Shown: positions 1 through 8,259 of the stretch, in pieces
Numbering within the stretch: position 1 is the stretch's first letter
Layout of the letters: each line of letters opens with the position of its first letter
Assembly (NCBI GenBank): GCA_049692125.1
Contig: JBAVOO010000088.1
Coordinates: 2,333-66,332 of the forward strand
Reading direction: 5' to 3'
DNA length: 64,000 nt
Source: Verrucomicrobiia bacterium
GTDB lineage: Bacteria > Verrucomicrobiota > Verrucomicrobiia > Limisphaerales > UBA11358
Translations under genes and position numbers: made by a program
Notes under the pieces: generated by a model
Databases searched by the model: none
Told to the model about the DNA's origin: nothing
The model's input: only the letters and a program-made list of their open reading frames with translations

Positions 1-443
1 TCGCTACGGTGGCACAGGCGCGGGGACGCTCGCCCCACCAATCCAAGGCTTTTGAAACGGGGACTGCTCAGTTGACGCTCGTCGAATGCAGGCCGGTGAC
101 GGGTCGCACCCATCAAATCCGCGTGCATCTGGCCGAAGCCGGCTGTCCGGTGGTGGGTGATGAACTTTACGGAAAAGAGTTTATGACGCGAATGCAACAA
201 ATTGATCCGCTTAAATTAAGCGCCTCCTCGCCCCGGCCCTCTCCCCCACCGCCGGCGGGGGAGAGGGTGGCTGAAGGCCGGGTGAGGGGGAGCCGAGAAT
301 CAAGGGAAGAGAAAAGAATCCCACTTGCCCTGCGCGCGGTGCGGCTGGCTTTCAACGATCCGTTCACGAAAAAGCGCGTGGAGATTCGCGCGCCCGTGGA
401 AACGTTCTGCCGCGAGTTCGGTTTCGACATTTCAAAGTTATGA
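1..443 (+). CDS. RluA-family pseudouridine synthase, C-terminal part (5' end outside window)
   Basis: [21 protein letters not shown] and [15 protein letters not shown] resemble the C-terminal half of RluA-type synthases. The ORF is open to the window edge and carries a repeat-derived in-frame insert. Confidence 0.75.
   Translation, partial: ATVAQARGRSPHQSKAFETGTAQLTLVECRPVTGRTHQIRVHLAEAGCPVVGDELYGKEFMTRMQQIDPLKLSASSPRPSPPPPAGERVAEGRVRGSRESREEKRIPLALRAVRLAFNDPFTKKRVEIRAPVETFCREFGFDISKL
222..292. repeat. Repeat family R3 (ccctctcccc...ggggagaggg...ggtgaggg), copy inside a CDS
   Basis: Hairpin ccctctccccc(237-247)/gggggagaggg(257-267). Related copies lie at 28146-28282, 44212-44278 and 4100-4307. 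Confidence 0.7.
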
Positions 444-958
444 CCATGCCGTCAGCGTTGAACGGTTCAACCGTTGCGGAGACGGCGCTGGTTTGCCTTC
501 GCCCATCCGCCATTCATGGCGCCGGTGGGTTTGCGAAGGCGGACATTGCTGCCGGCACACGCGTCATCGAGTACGTCGGCGAAAAGATTACCAAGACCGA
601 ATCGCTGCGCCGGTGCGAATCGGCCAACGCATACATTTTCTCACTGGACGACGCGCACGACCTTGACGGCAACGTGCCGTGGAACCCGGCGCGTTTCCTG
701 AATCATAGTTGCGATCCGAATTGCGAGGCGGAACCGGACGGCGGGCGCGTCTGGATTGTGGCGCGACGCGGCATCCGGGCCGGGGAGGAAATCACGTTCA
801 ACTACGGTTACGACCTCGATGATTACCGGGATCATCCCTGCCGCTGTGGCGCAACCGGTTGCGCCGGCTACATCGTGGCAACCGGGTTCTTCGAATACGT
901 GAAAAGGCGAAGCTGCCTTGCGTGCGATGTCGGGCAGGAAGCATCACACAATTCGTGA
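440..958 (+). CDS. SET-domain protein (putative lysine methyltransferase)
   Basis: [19 protein letters not shown] and the post-[15 protein letters not shown] motifs. ATGA start/stop overlap with the upstream gene. Confidence 0.85.
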   Translation: MTMPSALNGSTVAETALVCLRPSAIHGAGGFAKADIAAGTRVIEYVGEKITKTESLRRCESANAYIFSLDDAHDLDGNVPWNPARFLNHSCDPNCEAEPDGGRVWIVARRGIRAGEEITFNYGYDLDDYRDHPCRCGATGCAGYIVATGFFEYVKRRSCLACDVGQEASHNS

Positions 959-965
959 GTCATTT

Positions 966-1041
966 TGTAGGAGACAACGTGAGGAGTCTCCAAATCTCAA
1001 TGCTGAGTCTTTAATTTGAGACTCGTCACCTCGTCTCCTAC
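966..1041. repeat. Repeat family R1 palindromic element (tGTAGGAGaC...GtCTCCTAC)
   Basis: Inverted arms 966-990 and 1018-1041. Same termini as the copies at 4370, 4570, 24714 and 31306. Confidence 0.85.
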
Positions 1042-1052
1042 TGATTCAGGAA

Positions 1053-1688
1053 TCAATTCGCATACTTGACGCTGCAACCGTAGGGCTTGGTTTGGGCAAC
1101 GGGCACGGGTTTGCCGGCCATCAAGGCGTCCACGGCTTCGCGGACGTAATTGCGCGCGGTCCGCGGGTCATGTTGCGGGTCCGGTTTGTTGTCAATCGCG
1201 CCGTCATAAACCAACACGCCGTTCTTATCAATCACATACATGTCCGGAGTGGTTTTCATGTCGTAAAGATGGCCGACGGCGCCGGAACTGTCATCAATCC
1301 AGGCCGTCGCAACAATTTTCTTGTCGGCCATTTCCTGTTTGGCCTGGTCGGGCGTGCGATGGCTGGAATTTTTGGGATTGACGGAATTGACGATGAGCCA
1401 CACGACGCCCTTGGCGGCCATGTCTTTTTCCAACTCCTGCATCGCGCCGGTCTTGTAATGATTGTTACAAAACGGGCAGTCGGAATTGTAAGATTCCAGC
1501 ACGACAATCTTGCCCTTGTAATCGCTGAGCTTGACCGTCTTGCCGTTGATGTCCGTGGCCGTGAAATCCGGGGCGGATTTTCCGATTTCCACCGCCAGCG
1601 CGTTCGCCGCCAGTGTCATTGCCGTCAATAATACAAATGCTCTTTTCATATGTTCAGAATTTTTAATTGTTCGGTTAAGAGACATCAA
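1053..1688 (-). CDS. Secreted TlpA/redoxin-like thioredoxin-fold protein
   Basis: Signal peptide MKRAFVLLTAMTLAANALA (the start may be 1649), a CPFC active site, and a thioredoxin-fold layout. Confidence 0.8.
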   Translation of the reverse strand: MMSLNRTIKNSEHMKRAFVLLTAMTLAANALAVEIGKSAPDFTATDINGKTVKLSDYKGKIVVLESYNSDCPFCNNHYKTGAMQELEKDMAAKGVVWLIVNSVNPKNSSHRTPDQAKQEMADKKIVATAWIDDSSGAVGHLYDMKTTPDMYVIDKNGVLVYDGAIDNKPDPQHDPRTARNYVREAVDALMAGKPVPVAQTKPYGCSVKYAN

Positions 1689-1799
1689 TCTAGACGGTTC
1701 CGTTCAAAAGTCAACGAGCCGTGTGGTGGAGAGTGGCACAGGCTTCCGGCCTGTGGTTTGGGTTCACAGGCGTGGACGCCTGTGCCACAATACAATCCG

Positions 1800-4016
1800 T
1801 CACCGCGCCGCGCGATCAAGGGCGGCGAGCACGATGCCCGGTGTCAGAATTTCAGGCAGGACAATCGGCGGCGCGGCGGCGTCCTTGGGATAAACCAAAA
1901 CCAGCGGCACCCCGGCGCGGTTGAAACGGTTCAGCTCCTCCGAAATGTTTTCGGGGAATCGCGTATAGTCGCCAAGCAACGCGACGGCGTTCATGGACTT
2001 GAGTTTCGCGCGCACGGACGCGATTTCGAGGCTGGTCTTTTTGTTGACCTGACAGGTGAGACACCAGTCGGCGGTGAAATCCACGATTATCGGGCGACCT
2101 TCGCTGCGCGCTTTCGCCACGGCTTCAGGACTCCAGCGCTGCCAGTCAATTCCGTCCGCCGATTCTTTCAGCGAACCGGTTGGGTCCGCAGCCGCCATTG
2201 GTGCGCGCCAATGCAACTGGCTTTCCAACACGCAAGCATAGCCCCCGACCAGCAAAATCAAAACGACAGCGAACGCGACGCCTTTACCGGCACGGCCACG
2301 CTGGACGAACTCGCCGAAAATCCACGCCGCAAACGCGACGACCACCAGAAAAACGCCCAGCCATAACACACGTCCGCCGTAACTGCCGGCGGCGAGGTTG
2401 AACAACCACACGGCGGTCGCCAGCATGGGAAAGCCCATCGCGATCTTGAACTTTTCCATCCATGCGCCGGGCTTCGGCAGGAATTTCAGCCACGCCGGGT
2501 TCCAGCTCAGCACGACATACGGCACGGCCAGCCCGACACCGACAGCGAGAAACATCAACAAAATCACCGGCGCTTTTTGCGCGAAGGCGAAGCCGAGGGC
2601 GATGCTCAAAAATGGCGCGGTGCAGGGCGTGGCCAATACCGTTGCCAGCACGCCGTTGAAAAATGCGCCCGCCGCGCCATGCTTCGACGCCAGTCCGCCC
2701 GCCGCGTCGAGCGCGCGTCCGCCGAGCGTGACTTCAAATACACCGAACAAATTCAATGCCACCAGCGTCACGAGTGTGGTGAGACAGACGACAAAGACCG
2801 GGCTGCCGAATTGCATTCCCCAGCCGGCGTGATGTCCGGCCGCCTTGACGCCGATGACGACCGCTGCAAGCGCGATAAACGACACCAGCACGCCGAGCGC
2901 ATAGACGAGACCGAGTTTGCGCACATGACGCGGGTCACTTCTGGCTTCACCGACAAAGCCGAGGATTTTCAACGCGATGACCGGCAACACGCACGGCATG
3001 ATGTTCAGAATCAATCCGCCGATGAAGGCGTAGAGCAGCATTTGCCAGAGCGGTTGCATAGGCACAATGGTGGTAGATGACATCGTGGCAGCAGAAGCAA
3101 ATTTCTTGGCAGTGACCTTATCGCTTATAGGAAGTTTCAAATTAAAACCCAAAGGTCTGCCGAAATTTTTCATGGCAATCACGCCGCTGATTTCCCTGGG
3201 CCAGTCGCCGGAATATTTCTTTACCAGTTTGCGCAAATAAAGAACAGCATGTGCGTGGGGGACATCTTCAGAGGTGGCCTGAATTTCAAAACTATCGCTG
3301 GCGTCAGGGAAAAAATCGACATCGGATATTTGCATTGACCCAGGTCTATTGCTGTCTGAGAACCGAATTATCAACGGACGTACGTCACCATTTGCCGGTT
3401 TTTCCCATTCTGCACTAACAGAATAAAATCTGTCATCAATGGGCTGAGGTACTCTGTCTTCCCATAATTCAATTGTCGCTAACGCATAGGCGGAAGTTTT
3501 GGTCTGGTCACCGACATTCAGCGTGGCTTCGACGTTGCCGCTACCGGGGACGCATTGATCCTTGCATTCGAGCCAGGAAACCTTGGCCTTCAAATCGAGC
3601 GGGCCGGGCTTCAAATTGGCGGCGAGCTTGAGCGGCACGAGCAGGACAACCTCGTCGTCGTAACCGTAGGTGGTGACTTCGGCGGGCGGCAATTTTTCCG
3701 GGAGCGGCCATTGGATTTCGCCGGCGGTGACGCCCGGCGGGAGTTGCCATTCGATTTTGGTGGCCATGCCGGCGGCGCCGGGATTTTTCCAGTAGGTGTG
3801 CCAGCCTGGCTCCATTTTCAAATCCACGCCTACCAGCACCGTGTCGCCGGGGCGCGCGGTGTCGGCGGACAAAATCAGCCGCACCTGGGTGTGGGCTGCG
3901 TGCGCAACGAGGGCCGCAAGGCAAAATAACATGCCTGCCAGAATGGTTCCAATGCGTCGCACAGGGATTAGATGCCAGATTTGACGGAATGTTTGAAGTG
4001 ATTTCGGGCTGAACAA
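1800..4016 (-). CDS. DsbD/ScsB-like thiol:disulfide interchange (protein-disulfide reductase) membrane protein
   Basis: N-terminal periplasmic domain (WLECKDQCVPG), central DsbD transmembrane core (NIMPCVLPV, ATPCTAPF), and C-terminal thioredoxin domain DFTADWCLTCQ. Confidence 0.85.
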   Translation of the reverse strand: MFSPKSLQTFRQIWHLIPVRRIGTILAGMLFCLAALVAHAAHTQVRLILSADTARPGDTVLVGVDLKMEPGWHTYWKNPGAAGMATKIEWQLPPGVTAGEIQWPLPEKLPPAEVTTYGYDDEVVLLVPLKLAANLKPGPLDLKAKVSWLECKDQCVPGSGNVEATLNVGDQTKTSAYALATIELWEDRVPQPIDDRFYSVSAEWEKPANGDVRPLIIRFSDSNRPGSMQISDVDFFPDASDSFEIQATSEDVPHAHAVLYLRKLVKKYSGDWPREISGVIAMKNFGRPLGFNLKLPISDKVTAKKFASAATMSSTTIVPMQPLWQMLLYAFIGGLILNIMPCVLPVIALKILGFVGEARSDPRHVRKLGLVYALGVLVSFIALAAVVIGVKAAGHHAGWGMQFGSPVFVVCLTTLVTLVALNLFGVFEVTLGGRALDAAGGLASKHGAAGAFFNGVLATVLATPCTAPFLSIALGFAFAQKAPVILLMFLAVGVGLAVPYVVLSWNPAWLKFLPKPGAWMEKFKIAMGFPMLATAVWLFNLAAGSYGGRVLWLGVFLVVVAFAAWIFGEFVQRGRAGKGVAFAVVLILLVGGYACVLESQLHWRAPMAAADPTGSLKESADGIDWQRWSPEAVAKARSEGRPIIVDFTADWCLTCQVNKKTSLEIASVRAKLKSMNAVALLGDYTRFPENISEELNRFNRAGVPLVLVYPKDAAAPPIVLPEILTPGIVLAALDRAAR

Positions 4017-4099
4017 CGCTCTTCCGGCGTGGACTCGTTCGCGCCCGCTCGTTCGGCCCTGCGGGCCTTTGGCTTCGCCGAATTCCTTTCACCGATACC

Positions 4100-4307
4100 C
4101 AATCGGCTCAAGTCTCCCCAAGGAGAAGGAGAATCGTACCCCGTCTCTCTGAAATTCGCGCGGCTGGAATTGCCGGAGGGTCATTCGCAAAACCAAAACC
4201 GGCCAGCAGCGATTTCCTCTCCTGCCCGCCTTCGCCTTTGGCTTCGGCGCGATCGCGTCGAAACGCAGTGAAGACGGAGGGGAGAGGATAAAAGGTGAGG
4301 GCGAGCG
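4100..4307. repeat. Probable R3-family element (reverse orientation, degenerate)
   Basis: The reverse complement of ggagaggataaaaggtgagggcgag (4279-4303) resembles the left end of the copy at 28146. A tctccccaaggagaaggaga hairpin lies near 4104. Confidence 0.4.
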
Positions 4308-4369
4308 TAAAACACAAATCGAATTTCCGCATTCCTTCCGTTCCTGCTTCCGTCCCTGCATTTTGATTT

Positions 4370-4443
4370 TGTAGGAGTCGAGGTTACGAGGCGCTGATCG
4401 GAAGTCGGAATCAAAATTAGAGACTCCTTACGTCGTCTCCTAC
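4370..4443. repeat. R1 palindromic element
   Basis: tgtaggagtcgaggttacgaggc ... gagactccttacgtcgtctcctac. Confidence 0.85.
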
Positions 4444-4569
4444 GATTTTGCCGCGACTTCCGAAATGCGGTTGCCTAAAATTTCCCCATGCGATTGTGGA
4501 CGCTGCATCCGAAGCATCTGGACGTGCGGGGGGCTGCGTAAAGAGCCTGTGTGAAAACCACCGGTCTTC

Positions 4570-4655
4570 TATAGGAGACGAGGTAACAAGTCTCAATCTT
4601 CTTCAGGAACCACCAATTTGCGGCGAGAAGTGAGCCTCCTCACGTCGGCTCCTAC
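4570..4655. repeat. R1 palindromic element
   Basis: tataggagacgaggtaacaagtctc ... gagcctcctcacgtcggctcctac. Confidence 0.85.
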
Positions 4656-4787
4656 AGTTTTTCACACAGGCGCTTTACGCGGAACTCCAGACAGACAGCG
4701 TCTGAATGCGCCGCGTTTTTGTCCGAAGGAATCTGCTTGCTTCACCGGCCACAACCCGTTGTAATGCCCATCACGGTGGCAAACCGG

Positions 4788-6032
4788 ATGTTCATGAGTT
4801 CGGGACTGACAAAAGCCGCCCGGTACGGCGCGGTTTTGTGGGTGGCGTTTCTCTTCGGAGCGAGCTTCAAGGTCAATGCCGCGCCCGGCGTCGAAGCGAC
4901 GGCTGCCGCGAATCCTCAATCCGGACAGGTTCAAACAGTCCATCTCGATTACGTCGAGGTCGGGTATAGCTTCATTAACCGGGGACTCCCGCTGGTCACT
5001 CGATCCACGCCGTTCGCAAAGGAACCGGCGTTTGCCGGGAGCAAAGTCGTGCGCGGCACCTTCCAGCCCGGTGGCAGCGCCAGTAATGCAATCGCTTTTG
5101 CCTGGGACCGTGCCGCCGGAAAACTTTACCTCGATCTGAATCGCAACCTGGATTTGACCGATGACCCCGACGGCGTGTTTGGGTGCCTGGAGAAGAACTA
5201 TTCCGGACACTACCAGACATTTGCCAACGTCCGCCTGCCTTTTAAAACACCGTCAGGCAATCGCGAAATGCTCGTGGACCTCAACCTGAATGACTACGGG
5301 TCACGGCCCGGCTGCACTGCCGCCGTGCATTCATTCTGGCAGGGCAAGGTGACGCTACAGGGCGTGGAATGTCAGGTGGGTGTGGTGGAAAATCCTTTCA
5401 GCCGCTCCGATCCGGCCCCGGACGGATATCTGCTGTTGCGTCGCTGGGCGGCGCGGAATGAGCCGTTCAGCACGGACGCCGGCTCGTTTGTTGCCTTTCC
5501 CTTCCCGCGGAAATTGTTCTATCAAAACCAGGCCTGCCGGCTGGACTGCACCAACGAACTCTCGGGAAACAACGCCCGGCTCAAATTGCAGTTCACCGGC
5601 GAACAGCCGGTGCTGGGGGAGCTGAAAATCAACGGCCATTTTATTGAGCGTGCCATTCTGCAAGGCGGGCCGTATCTGGTGGTGCTGGACCAGCCGGAAA
5701 CGGTCGTGAAGGTTCCGGTGGGCAAATACAACCGGCCGGAAGTCTGGCTGAAGCAGGGCGACACCGTGGCCTATTACTCCACCTATTCGGTGCGACCGGA
5801 CCAGGGGATTACCATTGACGGGAACAAGCCGGGGTTGTTGGCGGCGGGTGGTCCGCTGACGAACTCGGTGTCCCTCAGCCGTCACGGGAAATCCCTGCGT
5901 TTCAATTACCAGTTGCTGGGCGCGGGCGGCGAGGTCTATCAACTGGCGCGGGTGGATCGCTCCCAGCCGCCTGAGTTCGCGGTGTACAAAGGCGACCGGA
6001 AAATCGCGTCGGGCAAATTCGAATTTGGCTGA
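4788..6032 (+). CDS. Secreted protein P1 ending ...KFEFG-TGA; candidate selenoprotein (TGA 6030-6032 possibly Sec)
   Basis: Signal peptide MFMSSGLTKAARYGAVLWVAFLFGASFKVNA (the six-frame ORF starts at 4719). Paralogue of 6920-8122. The frame stays open after the TGA and the downstream peptide is conserved. Confidence 0.7.
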   Translation: MFMSSGLTKAARYGAVLWVAFLFGASFKVNAAPGVEATAAANPQSGQVQTVHLDYVEVGYSFINRGLPLVTRSTPFAKEPAFAGSKVVRGTFQPGGSASNAIAFAWDRAAGKLYLDLNRNLDLTDDPDGVFGCLEKNYSGHYQTFANVRLPFKTPSGNREMLVDLNLNDYGSRPGCTAAVHSFWQGKVTLQGVECQVGVVENPFSRSDPAPDGYLLLRRWAARNEPFSTDAGSFVAFPFPRKLFYQNQACRLDCTNELSGNNARLKLQFTGEQPVLGELKINGHFIERAILQGGPYLVVLDQPETVVKVPVGKYNRPEVWLKQGDTVAYYSTYSVRPDQGITIDGNKPGLLAAGGPLTNSVSLSRHGKSLRFNYQLLGAGGEVYQLARVDRSQPPEFAVYKGDRKIASGKFEFG

Positions 6033-6917
6033 GGCAGCACCTGCTCGTACTCATGGCGAGTACCTTCCACGACCGCCGGCGAACTGAAGATTGTGGCCAT
6101 TTCCGATCTCGGAGGCCTCGGCGCGAAGGAAGGCGCTCCGGTCAGCTACCGGTGGACACCCCCCAGTCTCATCCCTTCATTTCTGCCGTGGCTGGCGGTT
6201 TTGCTGCTGTTATTGGCGAAGCCAAACCATTGCGGCCGGGCATGGTGGATCTGGCTGCCACTCGGATGTGTGGCGGCCATGGAACAATTGTCGCAGTCAG
6301 CCTTTGAATTTCTGCCATCGGGCACGGCAGACATGTTTCTGGAAATGGCGGGTTCGCTGGCCTTTGGCGTTGCCGCCGTCTGGCTGCTGGCGCCCCAACT
6401 GGCGCGCCGCCATCGCTTCGTCACTTTCCTGTGCCTTGCGCCCACCCTGGGGGTCTTCAGCCTTTTCAGTTTTTTGGTCAGGCAGGATTGGACCGGGGAC
6501 GGGGCCTCCCTGGCTTTGGCAATGCTGGTTCCGCTGGCCCTCAGCGTTCTTGTGGTTGCGCTGGCCATCTTTTTGGCCGGGTTGGCCTGCCGGGGCCGCT
6601 ATCATCCGCTGGGTCTCTACCTCTGGTTCTTCCTGTCAATGCTGGCGCTTTGGCTGGTGATTCTCACACCGTTCTTTGCCTTCGCAATGATTGTTTCGGG
6701 TGGTCAATTGCCGTGGCAGGAATTCTTCGTCGTGGTTTTGGTTCTGACGGCAGCCGGGTTCGTCACGCTGTTCCCGTTCCTGGTTCTGTCTTCCGCCAAC
6801 TCACTTTTCCGCGAACGGCTCAAGTTGCTGTTGCATTTGGGACGCGAAACTCCGCCACCGGTTTTGCCGCCGGAGATGGCGCCGTTGCCCGCCGCCAGAC
6901 CGGGAAAAAGTGTTTGA
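6033..6917 (+). CDS. Polytopic membrane domain, in frame with P1 across the TGA (alternatively an independent gene from GTG 6093)
   Basis: There is no stop between 6033 and 6917 in the P1 frame. The 20 linker codons GSTCSYSWRVPSTTAGELKI are followed by about 7 hydrophobic segments. Confidence 0.6.
   Translation, partial: GSTCSYSWRVPSTTAGELKIVAISDLGGLGAKEGAPVSYRWTPPSLIPSFLPWLAVLLLLLAKPNHCGRAWWIWLPLGCVAAMEQLSQSAFEFLPSGTADMFLEMAGSLAFGVAAVWLLAPQLARRHRFVTFLCLAPTLGVFSLFSFLVRQDWTGDGASLALAMLVPLALSVLVVALAIFLAGLACRGRYHPLGLYLWFFLSMLALWLVILTPFFAFAMIVSGGQLPWQEFFVVVLVLTAAGFVTLFPFLVLSSANSLFRERLKLLLHLGRETPPPVLPPEMAPLPAARPGKSV
6042..6062 (+). promoter_or_regulatory. Candidate SECIS-like hairpin 3' of TGA 6030
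   Basis: tgctcgt/gcgagta gives 7 pairs (including G-U) around the loop actcatg. The stem starts 12 nt after the TGA. Same register as the hairpin at 8134-8150. Folded by eye only. Confidence 0.45.
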
Positions 6918-6919
6918 TA

Positions 6920-8122
6920 ATGGCCAAAGAGTTTGAAAAATGTGTTATGCGAAAAATGGATTCCTTAAAACCTGTCAGAGGATTGGGAAAATGGGGCGCC
7001 TTCGCCGGATTGGTTCTGGCGACCACGGTGCTGGCGCAGCCCGAGCAATGGCTGGAATACCACACCAGCGCCGAGGGCCGCGCCTACCACCAGATGGAAC
7101 TGACCACCAACCCGCCGCCCGGCGTCGCCCTGCCCAAGCTGAACGCGCCGCCCTGGTTCGCGCGCTGGCTTACGCCGATGGACCCCGCCGGGGGCCGCTG
7201 GCTTTGTCTCGACCGCACGCGCAAGTCCGGCCCTTACGACCGGCTGTTCATTGACAGCAACGGCAATGGCCGGCTTGACGACAAAACACCTCTTCAAGCG
7301 CGGCTGGATTCCTACAACGCCTATTTTCCGCCGGCCCCCGTTGTCTTCAAGGGTGAGGACGGGCCGATTACCTATCATCTCGCGTTCCGGTTCTATCAAT
7401 ACGAAAAGAACCCCGCGCAATTGCTGGCATCGTCCGCCGGCTGGTATGAAGGCGTGGTGAATTTCGACGGCGCGAAAAAGCGCATCCAACTGATTGACGG
7501 CAACGTCAACGGCACGTTCAACGACGTCGCGCCGGACCCGTATGACAGCGACCGTGTCCAGATCGAAGGCGACAAAACCGGCGAGCGTTTTCTGGGCAAG
7601 ATGGTGGAAGTGGACGGCAAGCTTTTCAAAATCGAAGCCGCCCGCGACGGCGCGTTCGTCAAGGTGCAAAAGGCGGAAAACGTCACCCTCGGCCAGGTGC
7701 GCGTGCCGGAAAATATTTCCGAATTCGCCGCGTTCGGCGAGAACGGCCATTTCGTGCGCAAACCGGTGAACGGCGAATTCACCCTGCCGGCAGGCCATTA
7801 CCGGATCTTCCACTGGACGATCAACCGCAAGGATGAAAAGGGCGCGGCGTGGACGCTGTCAGGCTATAATTTCCCCCAAACCGCCGGCTTCGAGGTCGCC
7901 GCCGATAAAACCGCCGTGCTGGAAATCGGCGAGCCGGTGCAAGCCGTGCTCAAGGCGACCGAGAACACCAACCGCCAGGTCGCCTTCAGCCTCCGCTTCG
8001 AGGGCCGGCAAAAAGAAGCCATCGAGATGCTGCGCGACGGGCAGCGCCCGCGGGGGCCGAAATTGATGCTGGCCAACGCCGACGGGACGTTGTGTTATAC
8101 GAACACGTTCGAGTTTGGGTGA
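6920..8122 (+). CDS. Secreted protein P2 ending ...TFEFG-TGA; candidate selenoprotein (TGA 8120-8122 possibly Sec)
   Basis: Start MAKEFEKCVMRKMDSLK... with hydrophobic signal GAFAGLVLATTVLAQP (alternative starts 6947 and 6956). Paralogue of P1. The upstream part of ORF 6431-8122 overlaps the membrane domain in another frame. Confidence 0.7.
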   Translation: MAKEFEKCVMRKMDSLKPVRGLGKWGAFAGLVLATTVLAQPEQWLEYHTSAEGRAYHQMELTTNPPPGVALPKLNAPPWFARWLTPMDPAGGRWLCLDRTRKSGPYDRLFIDSNGNGRLDDKTPLQARLDSYNAYFPPAPVVFKGEDGPITYHLAFRFYQYEKNPAQLLASSAGWYEGVVNFDGAKKRIQLIDGNVNGTFNDVAPDPYDSDRVQIEGDKTGERFLGKMVEVDGKLFKIEAARDGAFVKVQKAENVTLGQVRVPENISEFAAFGENGHFVRKPVNGEFTLPAGHYRIFHWTINRKDEKGAAWTLSGYNFPQTAGFEVAADKTAVLEIGEPVQAVLKATENTNRQVAFSLRFEGRQKEAIEMLRDGQRPRGPKLMLANADGTLCYTNTFEFG

Positions 8123-8248
8123 GGCGGCGTTTGTTCGCTCTCATGGCGGGAGCCCAAAAATGTTCAGCGTCCGTTGGTTGGCAGTGTCAAAATCTTCAGC
8201 CCCTACCAGGTGCTGGCAAGTCCGTTGACGCTCGAAGCAAAAAAATAA
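8123..8248 (+). other. Open 41-codon extension after TGA of P2 (GGVCSLSWREPKNVQRPLVGSVKIFSPYQVLASPLTLEAKK, stop TAA 8246-8248)
   Basis: Translated by hand. It aligns with the post-TGA peptide of P1, and some of the differences are synonymous. Confidence 0.55.
8134..8150 (+). promoter_or_regulatory. Candidate SECIS-like hairpin 3' of TGA 8120
   Basis: ttcgc/gcggg gives 5 pairs (2 are G-U) around the loop tctcatg. The loop position relative to the TGA is identical to P1. Confidence 0.4.
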
Positions 8249-8259
8249 TCAAACATCCC

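Noticed and set aside
6431-6919. N-terminal 163 codons of six-frame ORF 6431-8122
   Set aside because: They overlap the membrane domain (6093-6917) in another frame and are Gly/Arg/Pro-rich. A plausible start and signal peptide begin at 6920.
8092-8259. Upstream part of six-frame ORF 8092-11574
   Set aside because: It overlaps the conserved post-TGA extension of P2 in a different frame. A canonical signal peptide starts at ATG 8260.
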